Positions 37,445-51,500 of a stretch of DNA of 64,000 nt are shown here, in pieces. The stretch is from positions 35,278,001 through 35,342,000 of the forward strand of contig OX638162.1 of NCBI GenBank assembly GCA_951804945.1, in the 5' to 3' direction. Below the pieces are notes generated by a model. That model was not told where the DNA came from. It saw nothing but the letters and a program-made list of their open reading frames with translations, and made no database searches. A program made the position numbers and the translations under genes. The first letter of the stretch is position 1; every line of letters begins with the position of its first letter. Source of the stretch: Podarcis cretensis. Taxonomy: Eukaryota.

Positions 37445-38703
37445 TCTATAAACTACTCTGAAGGCATTGTTGAAAGTTGGTATATACATATATAAAATAT
37501 ATAAATATATTCTGCAGACCGAACGGACTATACCATATCTGCCCATGAATGTTAAGGAGTTGGGGAGAGACCTCTGGGAAGGGGTGGAGAACCTGTGGCC
37601 CTCCAGATGCTTTACTACAACTCCCACCTGCCCCAGCCAACATGACCAGTGGTCAGGGATGATGGGAGCTATAGTGCAACAGCATCCCTGTCGCTGCCAT
37701 TGTGAGTCCTAGCATATGCAGGTGCTGCACCACTACTAGGAATGACTATTCCTCAAGCTCCTTATAAGGGAGTGCTAACTATTATTAAATTACCAATTCC
37801 TGTAATTGTGTTAGTTCGCAAGCCACCACACACACACACACACAAACATAATGCAGGGCCAAGCCCAACTTCCGGCCTGCTGTGTCTGCTACAAGAGTTT
37901 CTATTATTTAGGGAAGAAAGGATGCACAGCTCTTACAAAACAGAGGCACCTTTTAATGACAGCCTTCAAATTGTGGCCTTTTGTACTTCAAGATATTGAT
38001 GGCTACAGCGCTGACTGCCAACTGACAGTAACATCAATGTCATTGGACAAAAGACACATCCTTCCAAGTGAACAAAGTCCCTCTAGGAGCCATTAACTCT
38101 TGCTCATCTTCTCCATCATTGTTGTCTTATTTACTACTCTTATTTAAAGCTCCCATTTACGACGCGGCACACCTTCTGTCATACCTCTACAAATGGGGAA
38201 ATACATTATTTTGTGCATGTGCATGCTTTTAAATAGTGTTTTCGGTGCTGTTTTTAATAGGGATATTTATTTGTGGTTTTTAAAATTTTTATATTTCTTG
38301 TGTGTGTTTTAGTTGCAGTTCTTCTAATTTATACTGTGAGCTGTCTTGGGTCCTGCACTGGGAGAAAGGAGGTATATAAAGGAAATAAGATAAATAGTTA
38401 AGGCTCTATACTTTGACATCTGCAAGTGAGATGGGGGCACACGCAACATAATCCCCCAATTCCAAGCTTTCATTTTAAATGAGCGAGTAAGCTTCTAGCC
38501 TTTTAAGAACTTCAGATACAAGGCAAAATGTACCAGCATTCCTTTAAAAAAAAAAAGTAAGAAACTCACCTCGTCCTCACTTTCTGTGTTTTACTCCCAC
38601 CAGCCACATGATTTGAAAAATAAACTTGCTCATATTTTGAGAGGACAAATTGAGAGCAATTTGCATGTGTTTAAAGGAAAAGGGGTAAAAAGATTCGAAC
38701 TGT

Positions 38704-39296
38704 GGCCCGCGGACTGTCTTGCCAGAGTGGTGCATGCTCTAGTTATCTCCCACTTGGACTACTGCAATGCGCTCTACGTGGGGCTACCTTTGAAGGTGAC
38801 TCGGAAACTACAACTAATCCAGAATGCGGCAGCTAGACTGGTGACTGGGGGCGGCCGCAGAGACCACATAACACCGGTCTTGAAAGACCTACATTGGCTC
38901 CCAGTACTTTTCCAAGCACAATTCAAAGTGCTGGTGTTGACCTTAGAGCCCTAAACGGCCTTGGACCAGTATACCTGAAGGAGCGTCTCCACCCCCATTA
39001 TTCTGCCCAGACGCTGAGGTCCAGCACCAAGGGCCTTCTGGCGGTTCCCTCATTGTGAGAAGCAAAGCTACAGGGAACCAAGCAGAGGGCCTTCTCGGTA
39101 GTGGCGCCCGCCCTGTGGAACGCCCTCCCATCAGATGTCAAAGTGATAAACAACTACCTGACATTCAGAAGACATCTTAAGGCAGCCCTGTTCAGGGAAG
39201 TTTTTAATGTGTGATATTTTAGTGTTTTTGGGTTTCTATGGAAGCCACCCAGAGTGGCTGGGGAAACCCAGCCAGATGGGCAGGGTACAAATAATA

Positions 39297-39338
<42 letters not shown>
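38704..39338 (+). mobile_element. L2 LINE 3' fragment (ORF2 C-terminus, 3'UTR, (TTA)n tail)
   Basis: Translates VHALVISHLDYCNALYVGLPLKVTRKLQLIQNAAARLVTG...DHITPVLKDLHWLPV, typical of the L2-clade ORF2 C-terminus. Frameshift near 38943 and a later stop; 5'-truncated. Confidence 0.92.
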
Positions 39339-41463
39339 CCTTAAATGCACTTCACAGCATACAGTCAGCAAGTCACTTCAGGCCATGATAATAAGAGAAC
39401 GTTGCCAGTAAATATTTTATTCAAAGTGAAATGCAAAGTGAACCTGAAGATTCTTGATCAGGCAAAACATTGGAGAAGTTTCAACACAAGTCAATATAGT
39501 TTATTTTAAAGCTGGTGAACTTGCTCAGAAGATCCACCAGCAGCTGTCCCAAGAAAGGGTCAGCAAATAGGTCCTTGCTTGGGTCAATATTTGAACCAGG
39601 GACTTTGTAGTTCACAGTTCACGCTCCTTGACATTTCCCTACAGAAGCTTCCCTGATTCCAGTGCATTCCAGATGTTTCAGACACTTAATTTTATTTCTG
39701 TGCCACTCTTCACCAAAAACCATCAATGTAGTTTGCAAAAATAAAGTAATATCAGACAACCTAGCACACTAATAAACTTCAACATTAAAATATTTCCTGT
39801 ATGTTAAATAATTGTGAACATTATGAAAATGTTTTTTTGTTTGTTGGTTTGTTTGTTTAATGCTCTACTGCCATTGTCAGAGGTAATATACCCTTGAACA
39901 CCAGCTGCTGGGAATCACAAGTGGGGAGAGCTGCTTGTAAGCTTACCCTAGGCATCTGGTTGGCCACTGTGAGAACAGGATGCTGGACTAGTTGGACCCT
40001 TGATCTGAAGCAGAAGGGATCATCTGTTCTGATTTCCTTGTGACTTAAGCCTTATGACCTAACTCATCAGCCACCAAAATCCTCCCCCCACCCCAAGGTG
40101 GACTTTTAGCTGCCATTTAAAAGAATATAAGGTTGGGACAAGATGCTCTTCACTTATGGAGGTCACTCTACTACATGGATCCACCCTCAAAAAGGCTCTT
40201 CCATGGGCCTGCATACTGTGCACTTCATTTAACACAGGGACTACCAGGAGTGCCTCTTCCACTAACTAATGCATGGGCAGGTTGATAGAAGATAAGGCAT
40301 TATCACAGATATTTAGGGCCCAGGCTAATGAAGACTACAACAGCCAGCTGGAGCTTATAGGAGCAGTTGTCCAAAATACCGGTAGGGAGGGGGAACCGGT
40401 GGCAAAAGGGTATCCTACAGCCACGCTAACTTCTGATTAAGCAACAGACCTTATTTCACAAAGGAAAGTCTATTGCCTTGAAGTCTAAGTGGTAGAATGT
40501 CTTTTTGCTCACAATATGTCATGCAACTAAAAATACAGTTGCATGAGGACTCATCTTTTTTGATGGTTGTGATGCATGACTACTGTTGTTGTTGTGTTTG
40601 CAGTGCTTTGTTTTAATGTACACTGTAGTAGTGTTGCTATTATTTAATTGCTGTGTGTTGATGAATTTTTAAAACTTCATTAGTCACACTGAAAGACAGG
40701 ATAGAAACATAGATAAATTAATAAACTAAAATTTAACACTCTCCTGTTAAAATTGGAGCTCTACTGATTAATCAACTAAAGTTTGAGGGTTTTAATTGGG
40801 TTTCATAAATGAGGATCATAGGAATAAACTAAAGGTTTAGTTGATTAACCTCCCACTTAAGGCTTGGGTGCAACTAGGATAGCTGTGTAAAGATAAAGTG
40901 GGAAATCAAAGCAAGTCAGAACATGCATGTCCTCATAAAGTCCTCCATGTTTCAATCCAATTAGCCACCCTCGCTGGACAAGCTGATGTGTTCCCTCTCA
41001 TGATGACAGGAAAGTCATCACCTTGCCAGCCATGCTGAGAGTCTTGAGAACTGGCTTCTCGCTGACAACACTTGTCAGCCACCAATTCACCAAAACCATG
41101 ACAGAAACAATTTAACGGCTGGCTCAAACAGGACAGGAGACCTTTCAGGGCTACTTGAGAAATGTGAAGACTCAACCTGACAACTTGCTGGCTGCAAGGA
41201 GAGATGGCTTTCTGGCAGAGAGAGAAAGCTCCATCTAGACTAGGAGAGAAAAGGCACAGAGTTTGGCAGCACTCATATTATTCTCCTACAACAGAGGGAG
41301 GGAAATGGTTAGGTAGCACCATAACTAGGGATGGCCAGCCTACCATTTATTTGTTCTGTGTCAGCTTCTTTTTACCTCCAGACTGGCTCCATTTCATTTT
41401 GTTTGTGGGTGGTGGGGTTTTTAGCGGAAATTATACAAAATCCACCCATGTGCATATTTGCAA

Positions 41464-41497
<34 letters not shown>

Positions 41498-44437
41498 GGA
41501 AATTAAAGTACTTATAGGTGATCTGCATCTTTCTTCCTTTAACATTTTAAGCTTCTTAGAGCAGCCTCTTAAAAGGAAGAGAGAGAAAAGCTCTTGAAAT
41601 GATCCCAGGAAGTGACTGTACATCAGACTATGCAATACCTTCCTGGGGAACTCTACAGAGGAAAAAGATGGTTGTGATCCATTTACCCACAAAGCAACCT
41701 GACAGCAAGTAGTATTTCCACAGCCACCTCTGGTTTGTCAAGTGATAGCCTGGTAGCTATTCTCAGTTGTCTGGGCTTGGCCTTTATGGCCCCAGTTGGA
41801 TTCCATAGTGGTCTTTTCAAGCCACAATATGTGAACTCCTTTAACTGGATGTGCCAACTGAACTTAAAGCTAAGATGTCACCCTCCTTAAACCACTTAGC
41901 TGCGTTTTAAGGCTTAGCTTGAAATTTGTGCTCTACAGGTGGAAATTGGATATAAAGAATCAAGCAAACGCAAGTGCTTGAGCTTGATTGAAATGTTCAT
42001 TTGCACTACTTTTATATGCCATAAAGCATTTCAGTTGCTTGAGTACTGCCAATTGTTTACCTTATGAGTTACTGCTTCCACGCTAGAAACTGTCAAGTCT
42101 CTTAATGCCACGCAGTTTGCATCCACATGAATTGTAGTCTACCTTGTTTATATCCCCAGATTTCCCATTTGCAACATAGTTTAGACCAGCATGATCAGCA
42201 GTTTACCTTTTTTTACAGTCTGGAAACTGTTGATTAATCATAGCAGTTGCTTCTAAACATAATTGTCTTTGAAGAGAGTGGGGAGGGGTGGTGGAGAAGA
42301 TCACGGGCTCTGTGATTTATGTTTCATGGTCCATAATAGGAACTGTTACTTCGTCACTTAAAATATTTAGGGCAAAATCAAAATCAATAGTGCTACCATA
42401 AGGATAATAAATCATACTGCTTAAAGTGTACCGTGTTTGCCATAACCCTTCACTTTTTACAGGATACCTCCCCCCTTCTTGACTCTCTCCCCTTCAAACC
42501 ATACCTTTATATGAAACTCATACTGAACCCTTTTATTCAAGAGAAACTAGGATAGCCAGCATCCTAGGAGATTAAGAGCAGTTCTTGTATACCCTACTCA
42601 CCACAACAGCCAAATCTCTCCCCTTATATGGGTCTTTGGATCCCAACCAGGCAACATATCTGTTCTGACAAATCTGTAAACCATTCCAAACGTTCCACCT
42701 CCCTTTTCATTCTACTTATGTTACATCGTTCGACAGCCTCAGACTTTGCTCCACAAGTCATTTGAAGTAATATTATTAAGACAAATACTATTGCATTGAG
42801 TCAAACGAAGAGCACCATGTTCCATATACCACATTTACTTGTTAGATGTCCTCCAGAACCCATTTAGATGAATGTTCCTGCCTAATGGCCTTTGAAAGCT
42901 GGTAACTACTAAGTAGGTCAGTCTTTCATTTGATTACATGGAGGGGAAATGTTTGCATGTAGACGGAAATGGAAAGGGGGGTGCTGCTGTGCTCAGGTCC
43001 TGATTGTGTGCTTCCCACAAGCATCTGGTTGCCACTGTGAGGGCAGGATGCTAGACTAGAAGGGCTACTAGCCTGATCCTGCAGGCTCTTCTTGAGTTCT
43101 TGAGTCCTGAGCTTTTCTGTAACTGAGGAGAAGCTTCAAGGTCATGCAGCTTACTTTTGAAACCATGTTGAAATGCGGATGAAATATGAAAGAACAGGTA
43201 AACTTTGTCTCCTTCCTCTGTAAGAGAGAGCTGTGAGGCCTGGTTGGAGTTAAAGCATAGTACAGAAGCAGCCACAAATAATGGAAATATAAGCTGTGAA
43301 GTAGGATTTCCTGCCTTTTATAATAAATTCTGAAAGTGGCTTTAGACAAATTAATATTAAATTACGCCTCAGGAACGACACCTATCCCACCCATATGCAA
43401 TATTAGAGGTGATATTGTTCCATTCCAGAGGAGTACTGAGTAAGCTTTAGAGGTAAAGCTCCTGTGTTTTTTGTTCAACGTTGGCTGAGAATTTTTCGTA
43501 CACCGCTCTTTAAAGAAGTACTTCAGCAATTTGGAGCATGAAATGTGGTCAGGTGCCTATCTGCTCATTCGTGAAATGGGGGCACCCCAAAAAATATAGT
43601 AGTGGTTTCTGCATATTTTGGGGGATTAATTGCATTTTTAAGAAAACAGAAGACCATTCTGTTAGCACAAAATTGGAAAACCCCAAATATCCCGACCATT
43701 AAAGACTGGCAAAGTAAATTGTTTGAGTACATGGATTTGGCAGAAATGACGTAGAACATCAGACAGAAAAAAGGCATAAAGTTTATTGATGATTGGTCTA
43801 AATTCATAACATATATGGAAGCAAACTGTAGAAATATAAAAATCACAGTAGGCTCAGTATAACTCTTGCGATGTGTGGAGGCTATAAAATGAAAAACTGC
43901 AGAATGGTCTTAATATTCACAGAACCCAAAACCGAGATGGAGGGAAGTCAATCGTTTTCCATTGTCATTTAATGTCTGTTTTTTGGTTGGTGTAGGTGTA
44001 TTGCTTTGGGTGATGTTTGTCTTTTTTTTTTTTTTTGGTATGTGTGGGTTATCTTTTATGTTTATTCTTCTTTTTTGTTGTTGTTTGATTATAGAAAATG
44101 AATAAAAATTAAATTAAAAAAAAAACCAGAAAGGAAAAACAAAAAAGCCCAATAAAGTCCTATGCTTAATGACATCCAGGGCCTACAGAATGTTGAGGGT
44201 TTCTGTTGGTGATTTTAAAAGAGACAAAATTGAGAGAGCTTCAAGTCTGAGACCTTTAGTGCAACACAGCACAACAAAGAAAGGTGGTTGCTCTTGAAAA
44301 CTTCCTGATGCTTTGAGTGTCCTGAACCAGTAGAAGGCTCCTGTTCAAGGCTGGATAAAGCCCAGAAGCAGAAGAAAATAATTGGGTGGGAGGAGGAGAA
44401 GGAGGAAGGTTTACAGCACATCTATAGTGCTGTGAGT

Positions 44438-44945
44438 TGTGGGGGACAAGGTAGGCTGTATGCCTGAGTGCTTTCTAATTCCTGGATCCAGCAAGGAATC
44501 AATTGCTGGAACAACCAGGCTAGCTTCTTGATAATAGCCCAAATATGAGTCGTTAAGGTAACCAAGGAAGTGGCTCTGTGCCAGAGAGCAAATGGGCAGG
44601 GCCCCCTCCCTCAGTTCAACGGTAGTTATAAGGATGAAAGTTGGAGTACAGTTGTGAAAGCTGAGCTAGAAGCAGGAGGCAGGCAGAAGCAGGAGGGAGA
44701 GAGACATGCTTGATTTCTGCTTGAATCCAAGGTCCTGGCTATGGGAGAAGCAAGACCACCTTGGAAAGTTAATGCTGCAAGCCCCTCCATTGTACCCACC
44801 ATTGAAAGCTCAGATTGTATATATGCCTAAATAAACCATGTATCATAAAGACTCCACAGAAGGTCTCCACAGAAACCAAACCCTGAGTAAGCGCCTGGAA
44901 TCCCTGGAATCTTGCACCGCTTGGAGATTGAGGTGGAATGCAACA
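44438..44945 (+). mobile_element. Probable older solo LTR
   Basis: TGT...CAACA ends, TATA-like GTTATAAGG near 44625 and AATAAA near 44829 in U3-R-U5 order, ~510 bp. No clean TSD found. Confidence 0.55.
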
Positions 44946-45764
44946 ATATATTTTTGGTTCAGAAGCCCTGCTGATTACAATGAGGCTTACTTCTGGGTAA
45001 GTGGATTTCAGTGCTAGACTTTAAAGTGTGGGTGGAGAACCTGCAGCCCTCTAGATGTTGCTGCTCTCCCAACAACATATTGGAAGGTCACAGGTTTGCG
45101 ACCCCTGGGCTTGCCAAGATTTTTCTTCTTTCTCAAAAAGAAATTCAGCTATAAAACAATTCACCATTATAAAACTTCTGTCTAAAAACATGTCTAATAT
45201 GTTTTTAATGAAACCACATGCATTTTTTTAAAAAAAAGCCTGTGCAAAGGCTCAGATCCCAAGAGAGTCCTCATGTCTGATTCTGAACCTGAAAATATTC
45301 AATGCACGTCTAGAGCCATAATTTGAAAAGAAGGGAGGGGGAAAGTGAAAAAAAAAAAGTCTTTTAGAAGACAGAAAAGGTACAGAATCTTTACAGAGCC
45401 ATATTTCATTTCAGGACCTTAATTCCACAAATAAGCTCTTAAAATCCTTCTAGCTGGCCTTCTGGCCTAGAGTAAGACCTCCCCAGGGTAACATTTTACA
45501 CAATCCGCAGAGCAATCCCAGTTTCTGAAGAAATAATGATTTGTCTGCAACTTTTTTCTTTTTCTCCAGTGCTTCAAATTATTCAGCTGTTCTTTGCTAA
45601 ATGAATGCCTAGGTCTTCAATAAACTGTTAAGAACCGGTCTGGAATACAGGCTTGCAGTGTGCTAACAATACACTCACTATATATCAGGGAACCCATTAA
45701 TTTCAATAATAAATTATAAGGGTCAGCAGAGTATTGCAGAACCTGAATTCAAGCCTCCTCCCTC

Positions 45765-45765
<1 letters not shown>

Positions 45766-45804
<39 letters not shown>

Positions 45805-45805
45805 T
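45766..45805. repeat. (CTTT)n microsatellite
   Basis: Direct reading of the sequence. Confidence 0.95.
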
Positions 45806-47743
45806 TTTAAAAAAAGAATTTCGCTGAGCTCCTCCTTGATATGAATTACACCAAAATTAAATGTGCAGAAGAACTTATAAAGGTAAAAGAAGCCAGCAAA
45901 CATATATTGTCCTTCAACAGCAAGATGGAATGAGCCAGAGCAAATAAATAATCAGCTATTCAGCTTGTAATAAACTCCGCACTTAATAGCCTGCAACCCA
46001 TGCTTTCACTCTTGCTCCATGCCCACTGGACACTCTCCCTCCTGGAAGGGCTCTGAAATATGCATTATTTACATTTTCATTGTGGTGTTTCTCTAATTAA
46101 AGATGCAACAAAAGGTTGCAGCATGGCATGCTCCAGCCAGTTATGTCATTTCCCATTCCATAATCCATTCCATCCCACTTCCTGACCTATTTTCCACCTT
46201 TAACACCTACTCATGTGCACAAAGACTCAGACTGCATTCACACAGCAGTTTATTCCATTTCCCCAAAGGTTCCCTAACATTAATTTCTGCATTATTTAGA
46301 GCTTTCACACAAAGCAAAATCCACTTCCAGAAAACTAATGGAATACAGTGCATGTTTAGCACTCGTCCCCCTGTTATTTGATTCTAGGGGGAAAACATTT
46401 AAGGGCCCTTAACCCAGAAAATCGCAAGAATAATGTAACAAAATTTGGAGTGCTTTGCTGGCATACAGTTCTTTTCTGCTGTGTCCATAGGGGAATCATG
46501 GGGGAACAGAAACACATAAGTGTTGATCCCTGGTGTGGATGAACTTTAGCGTAACATACTGATATATCAGTCAAAAAGCCACAGTTGCATAACACAACAG
46601 GAATTGCAGGGAGAAGGGAACATTAGAAAACAGGCCAGAAGTGCTAGCATTATAAACAGGAAAACTAACACAATATTCATCACGTCCAAATGCACTGTAA
46701 GTGTTCTGTGGCCACTGAGGATGCTTAGTCCTTCGGTTCTCTTCCGGCCACTCCAGCTTGATTGATTTAACTTATTTAATGCATTTGCTTGCTTCAAAGT
46801 TGATACTCATCCTGAGGGCCATAGGCCATACCTGCATACAAACTAACAAAAGTTGTCTTGCATGCATCCACAGGATCATGCCAATTCACTATTTCCAAGG
46901 GCCAATGAACTCTACCTTATTCCTTACAGTGGTTTTCTGTGTCAGGTAAATATTATGCAGCGCCATTCCTAGCTCTTCAAACTCTCTTGGTATTTACATA
47001 TAAGAGCTCAAAAGGTGAGTTGCTGAAAATAGGATGTTTTGTTTGCTTTAATCCTAATCTTAAACAAGCCCAATGGAAGCCTGTTGTTGGCATTAGTGAC
47101 TGCCATTGCTCCAGTGCTTATTGCTTCTGAAATTGTCATTTCAGAGGGATAAATACAAAGGAAAACATCTTATATTTGTGCAAGAGATTGGAGTAAATTG
47201 GGAAAATGCAAAACAGTCCAGGTGGCTTCCACATTTATAAAACCTGGGTGCCAATTCTCAATGGAGAGAGGGGAAAAGAGAGACAGACACACACAGAGAG
47301 AGTATTATTCTTGTTGAGAAAATCATTGGAAAACAACAGAAATGTAGCTTTCTCTGGTGTGTTAGCACAGATGTTGAAAGGAAAACAGGCCCTTGCCTAG
47401 CCACTCCCATGTTAAATTTCACAACAGATCTTAAACTATAGTAGAATTAAAATGATGTAAAAACTAATATATTAAAATACAGTTGGCAAAAACCTCACAG
47501 CATTATTATAGCCCTTTCCTTCAAAGCAATCAGTTTCTCAAAGGAGCTGTGGGAATAAAACAGTATTAGTCTACTAGCAGAAGGAAGAGAAGGAAGCCAA
47601 TCTAGCCTCTCTAAGAATGAAGTTCCAAAGTCTGGGAGTATCCACTGTGAATGCCCTTAAGAGGCCTTCTTAAGAAACCCTAGGAGCTTTTGAAACTCTA
47701 CCCCACCCAAGCACTGCAATAGGGTTCAACTGCAACTAGAAGA

Positions 47744-47880
47744 CAGGGGTAGCCAATACAGTGCCCTCCAGATGCTGCTGCACTACAACTCCCATACATC
47801 TTGACCTTTGGCTATGTTGGCTGGAGCTGATGGGAGTTGTAGTCCAATGACATCTGGAGGATAATGCCTTGTCTACCCTG
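47744..47880. mobile_element. Palindromic hAT-type MITE (relatives at ~37580-37690 and ~45028-45107)
   Basis: CAGGGGTAG...CTACCCTG ends; internal arms CCTCCAGATG..CTACAACTCCCAT / ATGGGAGTTGTAG..CATCTGGAGG. Confidence 0.75.
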
Positions 47881-50800
47881 GTCTAAGTGTAATTAAGTTC
47901 TATTTGCATTAGACCACTGACTGCGCCCTTTTTTCAGTTGCCCAGGAGGGCATGGGCTTTCCCACCAAAGGTCCTCATCCTCATACACCAAACTCCTGGA
48001 TGCATTAAGTTTCAATTAATTTGAATCCTGGTGGGCTCCCTTATTCTTTCTCCTCTTTCTACAGCAGGCACAATGATTTTCATTATTAGTTTTTAAAAGA
48101 GCAGTGATTAATGAACGTACTGGAAGTCATCATTAAGCTGGTTACCATAAACATTTAAAGAGCTTTCCGGTGAATGCAGTTAACTCAGGGCACCATGAGG
48201 AAACTGCAAACTTTTATTTGATCATCCATGTGTATTTTGAAGTTGTTTAACAAGATAGTAAATTTTACTGCAATTGATTAAAATGATGCTGACGGGAAGA
48301 ATTCTTGAGAGAGCAAAGACCCATGCTAAGCTTTTGCTGAAAAGTCCTTTCGTTACCCCATTAGTCTTGCACTGCTTTTTCCTAACAACTTTGATAACCC
48401 AGAGCAGGTTATATTTAGCACAGCATATTTTTTCTAAAAAACAAAAAAAACAAAAAACAAAAACAGCCATGAACACGTAACAACTGACTTCCAAAGCTCT
48501 GCTGTCTGGAGCTGATGGGAGATTTAGTCTGAAACAATTAGAGGGCACCAGGTTGGGGAACAGTGATCTAACGTTTCTCACAAAGGATATTGTACATTTG
48601 ACCAAGACCAACTCATGACAGCATGAATAATGAAATCCAAAAGGCAGCAGAACAGAACTGCCATAGAAATTTCCAGTGTGGAATAAATCTATTGAAGGGG
48701 AATAATGAAGTGATACTTCACCTGAAAAATGTATCACAGAACAGCCATGTAAAACATTTCCAGGTAATAGTACTTTAAACACGCAGAAAACAGGGTTATA
48801 ATTTTTAAAAGTTAGCCTGCTAATCTATACACACTGCTCTGGGAGTAAGTCCCATAGAACTCAATTGGGCTTACTTCTGTGTAGACGTGGCTAAGATTGT
48901 ACTGTAAGTCTAAGAATGATGAAGAGCCTATGAACTGGAATTTACCTACAAGTCAACATGCCAGGTTTCTACTGCATCTCACACAGAAACAGGAATAACC
49001 TAAGAAGAAAAATGAAAGCCATAACTTCTTTAAAAATAAAACAAATGTGCCAGTTTTCATCTATGAAAGCGTAGTGGGCATATTATTACCTTCCATATTT
49101 CCTAAAAACAAAAACAAAAAAATTCTGTGCCCAGGTAGAAAGTGAATTGACACCTATTCCAGGCATCCCCCATGAATTTGACATAGGTCTAAGGTTGAAT
49201 AATAATTCTGGGCCCTTGAATCAGAAACTAGCTCACTGGTTGTTGTTTTTTGTTTGCAGAGGTCTGACAAAACTTGCCTCCATGAGGAAGGGTTCTCAGA
49301 ACAAGATGTGCAAGCTGAGCTACCTAAGGTGCTGAGTTGACACATGCATTCTGAGCTGTCCAGGGTGCTGAAACCCCAGCTACCTTGCCCTGTGGGATCC
49401 CTCTGAAGTCAGGTCACAACAGTAGTTGCCACTAGGAGGACAGAGAGGGTGAAGAAGCTGCTGCCACCACTGCTAAAAGGCGCCTCGATTGCAAGGGGAA
49501 AACACATGAAGTGGGCTACAAGTCTGGGTTGTATGCAGGCTTAATCTTTTTTTTTCCCCCAGGGGAAAAGACTTATAGCTTCATGTACAATTGACTCACA
49601 TACCAGCAGGGGCTAAGTCAAAGAGAGCAGGTGCTCTGCTACTGAGTGTCCTTATAAGCAGACATATGTGACATGTGATATATTTCTAGCCATAATGGCT
49701 ATATCTTCCGTGTAGGAGGCAGTGTGTTGCACTCAAGTCCACTCGCTCACTTCCTGCGGGCCTCACATTGGCCAAGGTGAGAACAGGATGTTGGACTAGA
49801 TAGGTTTTGGGCCTGATCTAGACATTGTCTTCTCATGTTCATATGCTATGCTATCACACCTACCAAAGATTCACATGAATGTGTTGAAATTACAAACAGG
49901 TGAGTGAGTTCTAACTTTTAATCACATAATAGTTGGAAATGCATGTTTTACAGGTGAAGTTTCTTTTCTGGATATTTCTGTCTAGCCTTTCCAATTTTCC
50001 CAAACATATAGAATAGCCCACACACGGCAGGTAAGCTGAAAAGCATTGCCTGAGAATTGGAATGCTCATTTATAAGCAGCAGCAGCACCAGTGACGTAAC
50101 ACCTTGGATCTAAATGGATGCTAACAGATGCATTTAATGGAAAACACTTCCTTAAGCATCTCTGAAAGACTTCATTCACCTGTGCTTACAGAAAGCAAAT
50201 TGTATATTAAAAACCATGTAAGCTTGCTTGGAGAAGTTTTTTTTCATTCTTTTCTTTTTAAATCACATAAGAGACATCTGAAATTACCTGCAAGCTTCAT
50301 TTAAATATGGTCCTGAGAATATAAAGAAGAGGAGGGACTTATGCACATGCTATTTCATGTGGTCAGTGTCTTATTTAAACTGGACCTTCAAGCATATTAT
50401 GTACAACATGTGCACAACAACATCAGCCACCAAGACCACAGACCTCATTGATGCTTGTGTTGCATCAATAGGCAGTGACCCTTAAAAAAAACCCCTACTC
50501 ACCAGGATATTATTTATTTCTTACAAAGAAAGCACAACATTTCAGTTGGGCCTCAGTCCAAGATGAATTTATAAACAAGAATTCTGGAAGCCTTTTAATA
50601 TTAAAGTGGCCAGCAGCTACAAAACAAGCATAACAATTATATGGAGAACAGTCATTTTATTTTTGCTATTTTCTGTGTTTTCCAACACATTTTCAAAAAC
50701 TCCTTAATTTTTTTCTTCATTTTTTTATTCAAGCCGTGAGCACTGTCTACTGCTCAGAGAGCCCTTGGCTATTTTATTTAAAAACAAGCCTCACTCGGTG

Positions 50801-51164
50801 CCTTTGGAGTCACACAAAACACACATACAGTCTAAAGGTTGCCAGATGCCTTGAGCCTGGTCAGATTATGACCTCCTGATGACCAAAGACTCAAGTGAGG
50901 AAAGAGATTCCCCTGGTGTCAGCTGATATACACGGTTTTTCTATATATAGGAAATATTTCAAGTTTTATCTGGAGATACTGGGGACTGAAGCTGGAACCT
51001 TGTGTTCTACCAGGGGCATATGATCCTTTACCATGCCCAATAATGATACGGTATCCAGCATATTTGGGGGGGGGGACGACAAATTTAGCAAGCTTTCCAG
51101 GAGCAGTCAATGTTGCCCTCCAGATGTTGTGTGGGCACCACCATGATTCATGCATCAATAACCT

Positions 51165-51500
51165 CAAGGCTTGATTATTGCAATGCAATGTACATGGAGC
51201 TACCCCTGGACCAAGTCAGGAGGTTCTAGCTGGTGGAAAATGTGGCAGCTAGACTGCTGATGTGTACAGACTATCACCACCACATAATTCCAGTGCTCAA
51301 AAGCTTGCTTTGGCTGTCCATATGCTAATGGGACAGGTTCAATGTTATTGTATTAAATCTCTTTTACAACTTAGGTCCAGGATACCTCAAGGACTATCTG
51401 ATCCTTTATATCCTTGCCCAATCACTGAGGTCTTCAGAGGAGTCACTGTTATTGATCCCATGGCTCAGATGCACAGCTTGTATCCACCAGGAGCTGTGCA
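51165..51500 (+). mobile_element. Old degraded L2 ORF2 fragment
   Basis: GATTATTGCAATGCA (DYCNA), GCAGCTAGACTG (AARL) and CCACATAATTCCAGTGCTC occur in the same order as in the 38704 copy, with frames disrupted. Confidence 0.75.

Noticed and set aside
38586-38954. 122-aa ORF as a host gene
   Set aside because: It is the frameshifted, 5'-truncated C-terminus of an L2 ORF2.
48222-48782. 186-aa minus ORF
   Set aside because: Runs through a simple A-rich repeat and a MITE fragment; F/C/V-rich non-coding composition.
48945-48999. ~54-nt minus exon candidate with a strong acceptor
   Set aside because: Stops in all three frames and only a moderate donor; such pairings are expected by chance in 64 kb.
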